This document shows, piece by piece, positions 8,726 to 18,255 of a stretch of 64,000 nucleotides of DNA (position 1 is its first letter; each line of letters starts with the position of its first letter). Under the pieces are notes generated by a model. The model was not told where the DNA came from. It saw nothing but the letters and a program-made list of their open reading frames with translations, and did not search any database. The DNA comes from Propionicicella sp. Lineage in GTDB: Bacteria > Actinomycetota > Actinomycetes > Propionibacteriales > Propionibacteriaceae. Position numbers and translations under genes: made by a program. The DNA is taken from assembly GCA_039811865.1 (NCBI GenBank), contig JBDHZK010000001.1:21323-85322 (forward strand), in the 5' to 3' direction.

Positions 8726-10489
8726 TCAAGCGGTGCTGCGCAGTTCAGGGCTGGGTACGAAGTCCATGGCCGGGTGCAGATGCAGCGGCCAACTCCAGTC
8801 GCCCTCAATCTCGATCAGCCGGACGCCAGGGCGTTCCATCCAGTCGGCGATTCGTTCGGTTTCCTCCACGGTGGCAGCGGGCAGGCCCGGCAGGGGCTCA
8901 GGCACCGTGGCCGCCACCGCAACGGCATCGCGGGCGACCGCCTGCGCAACCTGGCCAGGTCTGGCCAGCGCGGCCTCGGCGAGCCGTCCGTGGCGGATCA
9001 CGTGGATCTCCCAGCCCGCCTGTGTCCAGTAGGCGGCGACGATCTGGGAGCAGGCGATCAGGCTCTTGACCCGGTGATGCCGCAAGCTGGCCCGCGCGAA
9101 GGTCTCCAACCGTCCACGGACGCCGGCGGCCTCCTCGAATCTCTCCTGTGATACGAGGCGGGAGAGCCGCTGCCCGGCGGCGGCCACGACCGCGCGTACG
9201 TCGCCGGCAAGGCTGAACCGCAGGTCGTCCACCACCGCGTTGTACTCGCCGGGCGCGATGCGGTGGTCACAGGGTGCGCAGCAGCGTCCCAGATCGGCCA
9301 GCGCGCAGGTCGACGACGGCGTCCGCGTTGACAGCCGCGTGGTGCAACGCCGGATTGGGAAGGCGTCGTAGAGGGCTGCGAGCGTGTCCTCGATCGCGGC
9401 CCGGCGGGCGAACGGGCCGAAATATAGGGCCTGGTCGGGACTGGGCTTGCGAACCACGGAGAGCCGTGGAAACGGTTCAGCAGTCACTTTGATCCAGTGC
9501 TGCCGCTCGGGGAACTTCGACCGACGGTTGTAGCGGGGGGCGTGCGCCGCGATGAGGCGCAACTCCAGGATCTCGGCCTCCAGCGGGGTGCGGCAGACGG
9601 TGGTGTCCACTCCGGTGGCGACCCTGATCATCTCCTCCATCCGGGGACGCTTCTCCGCGGCGGTGAAGTAGGTGCGGACTCGTCGGTTCAGGTTGCGGCT
9701 CTTGCCGACGTACAGAACTTCACGCACTGTGCCGCCGGCAGCGTCCGGCAAGTCGGCGTAGAACCAGTAGACACCGGGCGCTTCGGGAAGACCCGTCGCC
9801 CACCCCCGCTTGGCCCGGCGTTGTGGGGAGACACGGTGGGTGAACTCGTGCAGATCCTCCAGAGTGTGGACGCCCAGGTTGCCGATTCGTTCCAACAAGC
9901 CATGCAGGACGTCGACCGTCGCCCGGGCGTCGGCCAGGGCACGGTGGACCGGAGTGGTCTTGGCGTGGAAGTGGGTCGCGAGCGTAGCCAGCTTGCAGTT
10001 GGGCACCTCGTCGCGCAGCAGGGCGGAGCGAGCCAGGCCGACGGTGTCGATCACCGCGTTTCCGGGCCATGGGTAGCCCTGCGCAGCGCAGGCGCGCTTC
10101 AGGAAGCCGACGTCGAAGCCCGCGTTGTGCGCGACCAGCACTGTGCCGGTACTGAACGCCAGAAAGGACGGGAGTACCTCCGTCAGCCGCGGCGCCCCCG
10201 CCACCATCTGGTTGGTGATCCCCGTTAGCACCGCAATCAGGGGAGGGATGGTGGCGGCGGGGTTGACCAGCGTCTGGAACTCGCCGATCACCTCCCCGCC
10301 GCGCACCTTGACCGCGCCGATCTCGGTGATGGCGTCACCTTCGCCTCCCCCGGTCGTCTCGAGGTCGACGACGCAGAAGGTCACCTCAACCAAGGGGCGC
10401 CCGATCTGCAACGTCGGCTGGGTCGGGTTCGTCCGCCCTGGTCTCGTGCTGATCGCCATGTCGAAGACGCTAGGCACCCTCTCCGACAT
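8726..10489 (-). CDS. DEDD 3'-5' exonuclease (DnaQ-like) fused to a GIY-YIG nuclease domain (Cho/UvrC-N-like)
   Basis: Exo motifs VVDLETTGG, LVAHNAGFDVGFL and HRALADARAT, followed by GVYWFY...VLYVGKSRNLNRRVRTYF (GIY-YIG). Same architecture as I recall for M. tuberculosis Rv2191, next to trpD. Confidence 0.8.
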   Translation of the reverse strand: MSERVPSVFDMAISTRPGRTNPTQPTLQIGRPLVEVTFCVVDLETTGGGEGDAITEIGAVKVRGGEVIGEFQTLVNPAATIPPLIAVLTGITNQMVAGAPRLTEVLPSFLAFSTGTVLVAHNAGFDVGFLKRACAAQGYPWPGNAVIDTVGLARSALLRDEVPNCKLATLATHFHAKTTPVHRALADARATVDVLHGLLERIGNLGVHTLEDLHEFTHRVSPQRRAKRGWATGLPEAPGVYWFYADLPDAAGGTVREVLYVGKSRNLNRRVRTYFTAAEKRPRMEEMIRVATGVDTTVCRTPLEAEILELRLIAAHAPRYNRRSKFPERQHWIKVTAEPFPRLSVVRKPSPDQALYFGPFARRAAIEDTLAALYDAFPIRRCTTRLSTRTPSSTCALADLGRCCAPCDHRIAPGEYNAVVDDLRFSLAGDVRAVVAAAGQRLSRLVSQERFEEAAGVRGRLETFARASLRHHRVKSLIACSQIVAAYWTQAGWEIHVIRHGRLAEAALARPGQVAQAVARDAVAVAATVPEPLPGLPAATVEETERIADWMERPGVRLIEIEGDWSWPLHLHPAMDFVPSPELRSTA

Positions 10490-10596
10490 TTCCGGCTGGG
10501 ACGCGCCAGCAGGCCCCAGCAGGGTCGGCCAGGTCGAGACCGGGCGAGGGCGGACGGGAGTCCGGCGGTCGGACGAAAACTGTCGGAGGCGTTCGG

Positions 10597-10845
10597 TTGG
10601 CTTTGCTCATGGACAGCCTTCATGTGAATTGCGAGCGGTGCCTAGCCCGGGGGCCCGCCTGCTCGGACTGCGTCATCAGCGTCTTGCTCGGCCTACCCGC
10701 CGAGCGGGTCGTCTTCGATTCCGGTGAGCAGGCGGCGCTGCGGACTCTGGCTGGGTCGGGCCTGTTACCGCCGTTGCGGTTGGTGGAGCCGATCGACGGA
10801 CCTACCGATCCGGACGCGTTTGGCGAGGTTGAGAGAGTCGTTTAG
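10597..10845 (+). CDS. Small hypothetical protein with a CxxC...CxxC cluster
   Basis: 82 aa. TTG start 7 nt after GGAGG. NCERCLARGPACSDCV could be a zinc-binding knuckle. No family recognised. Confidence 0.4.
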   Translation: MALLMDSLHVNCERCLARGPACSDCVISVLLGLPAERVVFDSGEQAALRTLAGSGLLPPLRLVEPIDGPTDPDAFGEVERVV

Positions 10846-10875
10846 CATTTTCTCAGCGTTTCTCGGGGGAGGTTC

Positions 10876-11892
10876 TTGGTGCGTGCTTTGCCGTCCGGCG
10901 GGCGAGTGCTCGTTGCCGCTGTGTGTGGGCTCGCGCTCGTCCTAGGCGGTCCGGTCATGTCGGCCGCGGCCGACCCGGATCCCGTCCAGCAGGCCAAACA
11001 GCAACTTTCCAAGCTCGACAAGGAATCCAGCGAGATCGACTCGGCCTACGCGGCCGCGCAGGCAAAACTCGCGACCAGTCGTAAGCAGCTCAAGACCACC
11101 CAGGCCGATGTCATCCGCCAGGAGCAACAAGTCAAGAGCACGGCAAAGCTGGTGTCGAGGTTGGCCCTGATCGAGTACCGAGCGGCCGGCGCGGACGTCA
11201 CTTTGCAACTCTTCAGCAGCCCGAACCCGGACGCCTTCTTGAACGGGCTCCGGGTCACCGGGAGGGTCAGCGCGAACCTGAACTCCACGCTGCAGGATTA
11301 TCAGGCCAAGGCAGCCGGGCTCACCGAGCTGCGCCGCTCAGCGGCCGCCGAGGTCGTCACGATCACGGCAGAGGAGGTCAAGCTCAAGGCTTTGGCCGCA
11401 AAGTCTGACTCGAAGGTGGCCGCAGCCAAGGCCTTGCTGGCTCGGTTGACCGCCGCGCAACGCGCTCAGGTCGAGGCAGCAGACGGTGGGACGACATCTC
11501 GCTCGACCGTTCGGCCACCGGTGGTCGGGTCCGCGAGCGGACGCGCCGCCCAAGCCCTCGCCTACGCGACGGCCCAGGTCGGCAAGCCCTACGTGTACGG
11601 CGCCGAGGGGCCCAGCGCCTTCGACTGCTCGGGTCTGATGATGGCCGCCTACGCCTCCGCCGGGATCTCCCTGCCGCGCACCTCGCAGGACCAGTTCGGA
11701 GTCGGCACGGCCGTCTCTCGCGACCAGTTGCAACCCGGCGACCTGGTCTTCTTCTATAGCGGCATCAGCCACGTCGGCATGTACGTCGGAAACGGCCGCA
11801 TTGTGCACGCCTCCAACCCGCGGGTCGGGGTGATCTACGGCAACGTCGATTCTCCCTGGATGCCGTTCGCAGGGGCTCGTCGCGTCGCCTGA
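10876..11892 (+). CDS. NlpC/P60 (C40) peptidoglycan endopeptidase with an N-terminal coiled coil (RipA/RipC-like)
   Basis: Signal peptide, long coiled-coil region, and a C-terminal GKPYVYGAEGPSAFDCSGL...ISHVGMYVGNGRIVHAS catalytic Cys/His arrangement. GGGGGAGG RBS upstream. Confidence 0.85.
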   Translation: MVRALPSGGRVLVAAVCGLALVLGGPVMSAAADPDPVQQAKQQLSKLDKESSEIDSAYAAAQAKLATSRKQLKTTQADVIRQEQQVKSTAKLVSRLALIEYRAAGADVTLQLFSSPNPDAFLNGLRVTGRVSANLNSTLQDYQAKAAGLTELRRSAAAEVVTITAEEVKLKALAAKSDSKVAAAKALLARLTAAQRAQVEAADGGTTSRSTVRPPVVGSASGRAAQALAYATAQVGKPYVYGAEGPSAFDCSGLMMAAYASAGISLPRTSQDQFGVGTAVSRDQLQPGDLVFFYSGISHVGMYVGNGRIVHASNPRVGVIYGNVDSPWMPFAGARRVA

Positions 11893-11893
11893 A

Positions 11894-13069
11894 ATGGCAA
11901 CCACCCGCCGTGGCCTGCTGAGGGCGGCTGGCGGCCTGGCGGCCTTGTCCCTCACCGGGGCGGCGGTCGCGGGGTGCGCCTTCGGCGCCGACTCGACGGC
12001 GGGACGGACGTCCCAGCTACTCAACGCACTGAACCAGGCCGTGGCTGCCCGCGATCGGGCGGGCTTCGTGAGTTGTTTCGTGTCCGGGGCGCTCGGCGGA
12101 CGGCTGTCGGCGGCTTGGTTCGACAATCTGACCCAGCTCCAGCGGGTCGACTTCCGGCTGACGGGCCCGGTCCCCGACGACCACCGGCCGCAGCTTCGTC
12201 CTTGGCAACAGCCGGTCGCGGTGACCTGGTCGATGCCTTTCGAGGCCGCGAACGCCGAGCATCAGCTACGACTCGAGTTGTCCGATGAGAACGCGGTGGT
12301 GCGCGTTTCGAACTTCATCCCCTCGGGTCCGCTTCCGATCTGGGCAGTGGGGGCACTCGCTTCGGCAACAGGCAAAACCGGCTCCGTCCTGGCGACGAAG
12401 CCGGTCGACATCTCGCCGTGGACGTCGGCGCACCGACGCGCGGTGAGCCTGGTACTCGCCGCCGGACTGGGGCCGCTGACTTCGGGTTGGGACCGGCGCC
12501 TGATGGTCGAAATCGCGGCCACCCTGACGAGCTTCGCGGCCATCGTGGGTGCGAAGGCGTCCGATCAGGAGAGCGTCGGGGCGATCGCGATCCGTGAGGG
12601 CGCGCCGGGCTCGGGGGCCGTCCGCGTCTTGGTGAACGCGTCCCAGGACGCCGGCCTGGCGCAGGCCGACCGCGAGGTGCTGCTGACTCACGAGGGCGTG
12701 CACGTGGCCACGCGATCGCCGGAATGGCGGGCCCCGTTGTGGGTTACCGAGGGCCTGGCCGAACGGGTGGCGCTCACCGCCAGCCCGGCGCATTGGACGT
12801 ACTCGCGACGGCTCGCGGCCCAGGCCGCCTCCGCCCCGACAGCACCGCGGACGCCCCCCGCCGATGTCGAGTTCGGGCGAGGCGACTTGGAGCGCGCGTA
12901 CGCCCTGGCCCGGGTGGGTGTGGATGCACTCTTCGCCAATCTCGGGCAGCCGCGCGCGCTGGGCGTGATCGCGGCCGTGGCCGGGGGACGAAGCTTCCCG
13001 GCCGCGGGCGTCCCGCAGGCGGCACTCGAGCGCTGGTTCGCCGAAGAGTTGGGCAGGCAGCGCGCGTGA
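11894..13069 (+). CDS. Putative Tat-exported lipoprotein with an HExxH motif
   Basis: N-terminus MATTRRGLLRAAGGLAALSLTGAAVAGC (twin-Arg plus lipobox Cys). LLTHEGVHVA contains HExxH. Starts 2 nt after the NlpC/P60 stop. Confidence 0.55.
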   Translation: MATTRRGLLRAAGGLAALSLTGAAVAGCAFGADSTAGRTSQLLNALNQAVAARDRAGFVSCFVSGALGGRLSAAWFDNLTQLQRVDFRLTGPVPDDHRPQLRPWQQPVAVTWSMPFEAANAEHQLRLELSDENAVVRVSNFIPSGPLPIWAVGALASATGKTGSVLATKPVDISPWTSAHRRAVSLVLAAGLGPLTSGWDRRLMVEIAATLTSFAAIVGAKASDQESVGAIAIREGAPGSGAVRVLVNASQDAGLAQADREVLLTHEGVHVATRSPEWRAPLWVTEGLAERVALTASPAHWTYSRRLAAQAASAPTAPRTPPADVEFGRGDLERAYALARVGVDALFANLGQPRALGVIAAVAGGRSFPAAGVPQAALERWFAEELGRQRA

Positions 13070-14181
13070 CGACCCTGCTGATCACGAACGACTTTCCGCC
13101 CAGAATCGGCGGGATCGAGGCGTTCTGCCTCCGACTCACCCGCCTGATCGCGGACGAGGTCGTGGTGCTCACCAGCCGGGCTCCCGGCTGGGCCGCCCAC
13201 GACGCGGCCTCCGACCTGGAGATTCACCGCCTTGCCTGGCCGCTCCTACCGACGCCGGCCACCGCCCGGCGCGCCGTTTCGCTGCTGCGCTCTCGAGGCG
13301 CCACTCGGGTCGTCTTCGGGGCGGCCGCCCCCTTGGGGCTGCTCGCTCCCAGACTGCGCGCCGCCGGGGCCGGCCGCATCCTCGCGATCACGCACGGACA
13401 CGAGGCCGGCTGGGCAGGCGTCCCCGGCGCCGAAACGTTGCTGCGCCGCATCGGCCACGACGCCGACCGCGTTTCCTACATCTCCGAATACACCCGCGCG
13501 GCGATCGAGCGCGTCCTTGAGCCGGCCGACCGCGCGAAACTGGTCCGGATCGCGCCGCCTATCGATCCGGCCGTCTTCTTCCCGCCCGAGGCCGACTCCG
13601 GTCGAGGGCCAACCTGCCTGGCGGCCGGCCGGTTGACCCGCCAGAAGGGGTTCCGCACCCTCTTGGCGGCCTGGCCCCAGGTGTTGGCCGGCGCGGGCGC
13701 GCTCGACCCGCGATTGGAGTTGGCCGGCGACGGGCCGGACGCGCCGCGGCTGCGCGCGATCGCCCGCCGCCTGCCTGGGGTGGACATCCTCGGCCCGCTG
13801 TCACCCGAGCAGCTAGCCGTCCGGATGCGGTCCGCCTCGGTCTTCGCCCTTCCCGTCTCGACGCGCCGCTTCGGGCTGCACGCGGAGGGTCTGGGCCTGG
13901 TCTTCTGCGAGGCCGCGGCGTGTGGGCTGCCCGTGATCGTCGGACGATCCGGGGGCGCTCCTGAAACGGTCGTGCATGCGGTCACGGGCTACGTCGTCAC
14001 TCCGGACGACCCCGACGCGTTGTCCGTCCGGCTGATCGATTTGCTCACCCGGCCTCAGGAGGCGGTCAAGCTGGGCCGAGCCGGTCGCGATTTCGTCATC
14101 GGCCGATTCGCCCCCGAAGCCGCCGCGGCGGCATTGAACGACGCTCTAGGCCTACCTGTGCAGGGTGGGCCAAGAGCCTGA
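13066..14181 (+). CDS. GT4-family glycosyltransferase (PimB-like mannosyltransferase candidate)
   Basis: Start set at GTG 13066 (VTTLLITNDFPPRIGGIE; GTGA overlap with the upstream stop). EGLGLVFCEAAACGLPVIVGRSGGAPETV is the GT4 E-x7-E region. Confidence 0.8.
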   Translation: MTTLLITNDFPPRIGGIEAFCLRLTRLIADEVVVLTSRAPGWAAHDAASDLEIHRLAWPLLPTPATARRAVSLLRSRGATRVVFGAAAPLGLLAPRLRAAGAGRILAITHGHEAGWAGVPGAETLLRRIGHDADRVSYISEYTRAAIERVLEPADRAKLVRIAPPIDPAVFFPPEADSGRGPTCLAAGRLTRQKGFRTLLAAWPQVLAGAGALDPRLELAGDGPDAPRLRAIARRLPGVDILGPLSPEQLAVRMRSASVFALPVSTRRFGLHAEGLGLVFCEAAACGLPVIVGRSGGAPETVVHAVTGYVVTPDDPDALSVRLIDLLTRPQEAVKLGRAGRDFVIGRFAPEAAAAALNDALGLPVQGGPRA

Positions 14182-14232
14182 CTTGGCGATTTACTATCGT
14201 TCCGCCAGGACCTCGCCCTACAGGAGCCGCAC

Positions 14233-14994
14233 GTGTACAACTTCTTCAAGTACCTGCTGGTCGCTCCCGCGGCGAGATATCTCTTCGGCACCAGGATCGA
14301 AGGCGCCGAGAACATCCCGGAGTCCGGCGGCGCGATCCTGGCGAGCAATCACCTCGCCGCCGGGGACACCTTCTTGTTGCCCGCGATGATCAGGCGACGC
14401 CTCACCTTTCCGGCCAAGGCGGAGCTGTTTCGCGGCGATCGCGGCTTGGGCTCCAAGGTGGTGGCCTGGTTCATGAAAGGCATTGGTCAGGTACCCCTGG
14501 AGCGCGGCGGCGGGCGCGCGAGCCTGGAGGGGCTCGGGCCGGTCCTTCAGGTGCTCGCCGACGGCGGGCTCGTGGGCATCTACCCGGAGGGCACCCGATC
14601 GCCCGACGGGAGGCTCTTCAAGGGGAAGACCGGTGTGGCGCGGCTCGCGTTGGCGTCCGGTTGCCCGGTGATCCCAGTGGGCGCGATCAACACGCAGTTC
14701 GTCAAGAACCGGCTGGGGATGACGACCATTCGCAAACCCGTGATCCGGATCGGCAAGCCCCTGGACTTCTCGGCCTACGCCGGACTCGCCAATGACCGGG
14801 CCACCATCCGATGGGTCACCGATGAGGTGATGAGCGCGATCCGCGATCTGACGGGCCAGACCTACGTCGACGGCTATGGCACCTCTGTGAAGTCTGGGGC
14901 GATGAGCCTCGATGAGGCGAAGTCCCGGGAGTTGCCGCGGCCGGGTGGCGGTCCGGCGCCGAAGCTGCCGTTGGCGACCGGCGGCGCGGGGTGA
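14233..14994 (+). CDS. 1-acyl-sn-glycerol-3-phosphate (lysophospholipid) acyltransferase, PlsC family
   Basis: HX4D motif (SNHLAAGD) and the YPEGTRS block. AGGAG RBS before GTG 14233. Confidence 0.8.
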   Translation: MYNFFKYLLVAPAARYLFGTRIEGAENIPESGGAILASNHLAAGDTFLLPAMIRRRLTFPAKAELFRGDRGLGSKVVAWFMKGIGQVPLERGGGRASLEGLGPVLQVLADGGLVGIYPEGTRSPDGRLFKGKTGVARLALASGCPVIPVGAINTQFVKNRLGMTTIRKPVIRIGKPLDFSAYAGLANDRATIRWVTDEVMSAIRDLTGQTYVDGYGTSVKSGAMSLDEAKSRELPRPGGGPAPKLPLATGGAG

Positions 14995-16154
14995 CCACCG
15001 CCGCTCGCCTGCTGACTTCCGGCGGTGCCCACGGCGCGGATCTGGAACTGATCCGTCGGCTGTTCCAGGCCCACTTCGTCCTGCGGTTGGGGCTGCTGCT
15101 GCACGCCGCTGTGCTGGGCGGCCTGGCGATGAGGCAAGGCGGCGACCCGGTGGGCATCGTGTCGATCTTCCTCGTGATGGTCGCCTGGACCCTGCTGACC
15201 GGGTGGTGGTACCTGGACCGGGGCCGGCAGTGGTGGATGTACCTGCTCGACTGCCTGGTGACGATCGCCATCGTGATCGCGGTCCATCCCTTCGTCACTC
15301 CGGTGAACGGCGGCTCGGGCATCGACTTCACCACCTATTGGGCGGCCGCCGCTCCGATGGGCGTCGCCATCTGCCGCGGACCCGTCTGGGGGGCGGGCAG
15401 CGCGCTGGTGATCGCGCTCGCGCAGACACTGGCGCAGCCGACCGTCGACGTGAACGTTTGGAGCATCCGGGCCCTGCTGGTGCTGGCCAGTGCCGGGGTC
15501 GGCTACATGGTCGACCAGGTTCGCCGGGCCGTCAACGAGCGCGATGAGATCCAGGCCACCGCCGCCGCGCTCGCCGAGCGTGAGCGAATCGCTCGGATCG
15601 TCCACGACGGGGCGCTGCAGGTGCTGGCGATGGTCGAGCGGGAGGGACGCTCCCTGGGGCCGCGTGGCCAGGCGTTGGCTCGGGAGGCCCGGGAACAAGA
15701 GGGTGCGCTTCGGGCACTGCTGCAGACCAGGCCTGGTGAGGTGGACGCCGTCGCTCCGGATGCCGGCAACCGCGAGTTGGCCAGGATGCTGGATCGCCAC
15801 GCCAACTCCCGGGTAACGATCTCGACCATGGCCGACGAGGTGTGGGTGCCGTCCGATCATGCTGCTGAAATCGATGCCGTGGTCAGTGAAGTGCTCAGCA
15901 ACGTCGCCAAACATGCCGGTGATGCGGCGGAGGCTTGGGTGCTGCTCGAACGGGAGGGACGCGAGATCATCCTGAGCATCCGGGACAACGGCGTCGGGGG
16001 GACGGCGGCTGCGTTCGCTGGGGCCGCCGATCGCGGCCGTCTCGGCGTCCAAGAATCGATCTACGGGCGGATCCGCGATCTGGGCGGGATCGCCAAACTT
16101 AGGACGACCCCGGGTCGCGGGGTCGAATGGGAGTTCAGGATTCCGGTGGAATGA
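14991..16154 (+). CDS. Sensor histidine kinase, HisKA_3 family, with a polytopic N-terminal membrane domain
   Basis: H-box ERERIARIVHDGALQ, N-box NVAKHAGD, G-boxes IRDNGVGG and GVQESIYGRIRDLGG. GTGA overlap with the plsC-like stop. Confidence 0.8.
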   Translation: MTTAARLLTSGGAHGADLELIRRLFQAHFVLRLGLLLHAAVLGGLAMRQGGDPVGIVSIFLVMVAWTLLTGWWYLDRGRQWWMYLLDCLVTIAIVIAVHPFVTPVNGGSGIDFTTYWAAAAPMGVAICRGPVWGAGSALVIALAQTLAQPTVDVNVWSIRALLVLASAGVGYMVDQVRRAVNERDEIQATAAALAERERIARIVHDGALQVLAMVEREGRSLGPRGQALAREAREQEGALRALLQTRPGEVDAVAPDAGNRELARMLDRHANSRVTISTMADEVWVPSDHAAEIDAVVSEVLSNVAKHAGDAAEAWVLLEREGREIILSIRDNGVGGTAAAFAGAADRGRLGVQESIYGRIRDLGGIAKLRTTPGRGVEWEFRIPVE

Positions 16155-16831
16155 TGACTGACGAATCGTCGCTGCCCAAGCGGGTGATGTTGGTGGACGA
16201 CCACCCCATGTGGATCGACGCACTCAGCGCCGACCTCGAGGAGGCCGGTTTCGAGATCGTGGCCACCGCCGCCACTGGTCAACAGGCGTTGCAGCGAGCG
16301 CGGGCCACCCGTCCTGAGGTGCTGGTGATGGACCTCCAGATCCCGGACCCCGACGGGGCCACCTGCACCGAGATCCTGCTCAACGAGTTCCCCACGATGA
16401 TGGTGCTGGTGATCTCGGCGTCAGGGGAGCGCGGGGACGTGCTGCGGGCGATCAAGGCGGGAGCCAAGGGGTACCTCGTGAAATCCGCATCCCCGGCCGA
16501 GTTGATCGAGGGGGTCCGGCGGACGGCCGCCGGAGACGCCGTCTTCACCCCCGGCTTGGCCGGCTTGGTGCTGGGCGAGTTTCGTCGCATGGTGAGCGAC
16601 GCGGCGTCCCACAATCAGGACGGCCCGATACTGACCACCCGAGAGGTCGAGGTCCTGCGCCGGGTGGCGAAGGGGATGGCGTATCGGGAGATCGCGGAAT
16701 CGCTGTACGTCTCTCATCGGACCATCCAGAACCACGTCCAGAATGTGCTTCGCAAACTCCAGCTCCACAACCGCGTCGAGTTGACCCTGTACGCCATCGA
16801 TCGTGGCTTCCACGAGCCGGAAAACGGGTGA
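16151..16831 (+). CDS. NarL/FixJ (LuxR-type HTH) response regulator
   Basis: Receiver motifs (MLVDDHP, VLVMDLQIPDPDG, YLVKS) plus a LuxR HTH (LTTREVEVLRRVAKGMAYREIAESLYVSHRTIQNHV). ATGA overlap with the kinase stop. Confidence 0.9.
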   Translation: MMTDESSLPKRVMLVDDHPMWIDALSADLEEAGFEIVATAATGQQALQRARATRPEVLVMDLQIPDPDGATCTEILLNEFPTMMVLVISASGERGDVLRAIKAGAKGYLVKSASPAELIEGVRRTAAGDAVFTPGLAGLVLGEFRRMVSDAASHNQDGPILTTREVEVLRRVAKGMAYREIAESLYVSHRTIQNHVQNVLRKLQLHNRVELTLYAIDRGFHEPENG

Positions 16832-16862
16832 GCACTTCGGCACCGCGCGTATTCTGACCGCC

Positions 16863-18254
16863 GTGCCGAACCTGATCCCGTCGCTGTCGGACCTGCATGC
16901 ACTGCACCCCTTGCAGCAGCCGACCTATGCCGACGCCGAGCAGGTCGCCCGCGTCCTCGCCGAACTGCGCACCAAGCCGCCGCTGGTCTTCGCCGGCGAA
17001 TGCGATGACCTGCGGCAGCGGGTCGCAGACGTTGCCGCGGGCCGCGCCTTCATGCTGCAGGGCGGCGACTGCGCCGAGACGTTCGAGACGGTGACCGCGG
17101 CCAACATTCGCGGCAAGCTTCGCGTTTTGTTGTCGATGGCGGTCGTGCTGACCTACGCGGCGCAGGTTCCGGTGGTCAAGGTGGGCCGGCTCGCCGGGCA
17201 GTACGCCAAGCCGCGGAGCAAGGACACCGAGACCCGGGCGGGGCTGACATTGCCGGCCTACCGCGGAGACGCCGTGAACGCGCTGGAGTTCACGCCCCAA
17301 GCGCGCTTCAACGATCCCGATCGACTGCTATCGGTCTACAACCATTCGGCTGCAACGCTCAACCTGGTGCGCGCCTTCGTCAAGGGCGGCTTCGCGCATC
17401 TGCGGAGCATCCACTCCTGGAACTCCGACTTCGTCAAGACCACCCCGGCGGCTCGCCGCTACGAGGCCCTGGCCGCGGAGATCGACCGCGCGCTGGCATT
17501 CATGGTGGCCTGCGGAGTGGACGACGATCAGCTGAAGACGGTCGACTTCTACTCCGCGCACGAGGCGCTGCTGTTGGAGTACGAGCACGCCATGACCCGC
17601 ATAGATTCGCGCAGCCGCACGCCGTACGTCACCTCGGCGCACATGGTTTGGCTGGGCGATCGGACCCGTCAGCCCGGCGGCGCCCACGTCGAGTTGTTCA
17701 GGGCGATCCGCAACCCGGTTGCCGTCAAGCTTGGGCCGTCCGCCACCGGGGCGGACGCCGTCGAGCTGGCGGAGCGAATCGACCCCGGCCACGAGCCGGG
17801 CCGGCTCACGTTCATCACGCGGATGGGCGCTGGCAAGATTCGAGACCTCCTGCCCCCGATCGTCGATGCGGTCGAGGCCACCGGACGCAAGGTGGCCTGG
17901 GTCTGCGACCCGATGCACGGCAACACGTTCGAAACGGCCAACGGGTACAAGACCCGGGCGTTCAGCCAGGTGGTCGACGAGATGCACGGCTTCTTCGACG
18001 TGCACGAGGAGTTGGGCACCTGGCCGGGCGGCATCCACATGGAACTCACGGGTGACGATGTCACCGAGTGCGTGGGCGGGGTGGCCGAGTTGGCGGAGGC
18101 CGATCTGGCGAATCGCTATGAGACCGCCTGCGATCCGCGGCTGAACCGGAGCCAGTCGCTGGAGTTGGCGTTCACCGTCGCCGAGCGCCTGACCGAGCAT
18201 CGGCTGCGGCGTCCGTCCAATCCCGTCCAGGAGTTCCAGCCGCTGGACTTCTGA
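16863..18254 (+). CDS. aroG: 3-deoxy-D-arabino-heptulosonate-7-phosphate synthase, class II
   Basis: About 463 aa with class II DAHPS blocks (AGQYAKPRS, RMGAGK, VCDPMHGNTF). Start uncertain: GTG 16863 chosen, ORF-track start 16803 overlaps the regulator gene. Confidence 0.85.
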   Translation: MPNLIPSLSDLHALHPLQQPTYADAEQVARVLAELRTKPPLVFAGECDDLRQRVADVAAGRAFMLQGGDCAETFETVTAANIRGKLRVLLSMAVVLTYAAQVPVVKVGRLAGQYAKPRSKDTETRAGLTLPAYRGDAVNALEFTPQARFNDPDRLLSVYNHSAATLNLVRAFVKGGFAHLRSIHSWNSDFVKTTPAARRYEALAAEIDRALAFMVACGVDDDQLKTVDFYSAHEALLLEYEHAMTRIDSRSRTPYVTSAHMVWLGDRTRQPGGAHVELFRAIRNPVAVKLGPSATGADAVELAERIDPGHEPGRLTFITRMGAGKIRDLLPPIVDAVEATGRKVAWVCDPMHGNTFETANGYKTRAFSQVVDEMHGFFDVHEELGTWPGGIHMELTGDDVTECVGGVAELAEADLANRYETACDPRLNRSQSLELAFTVAERLTEHRLRRPSNPVQEFQPLDF

Positions 18255-18255
18255 C

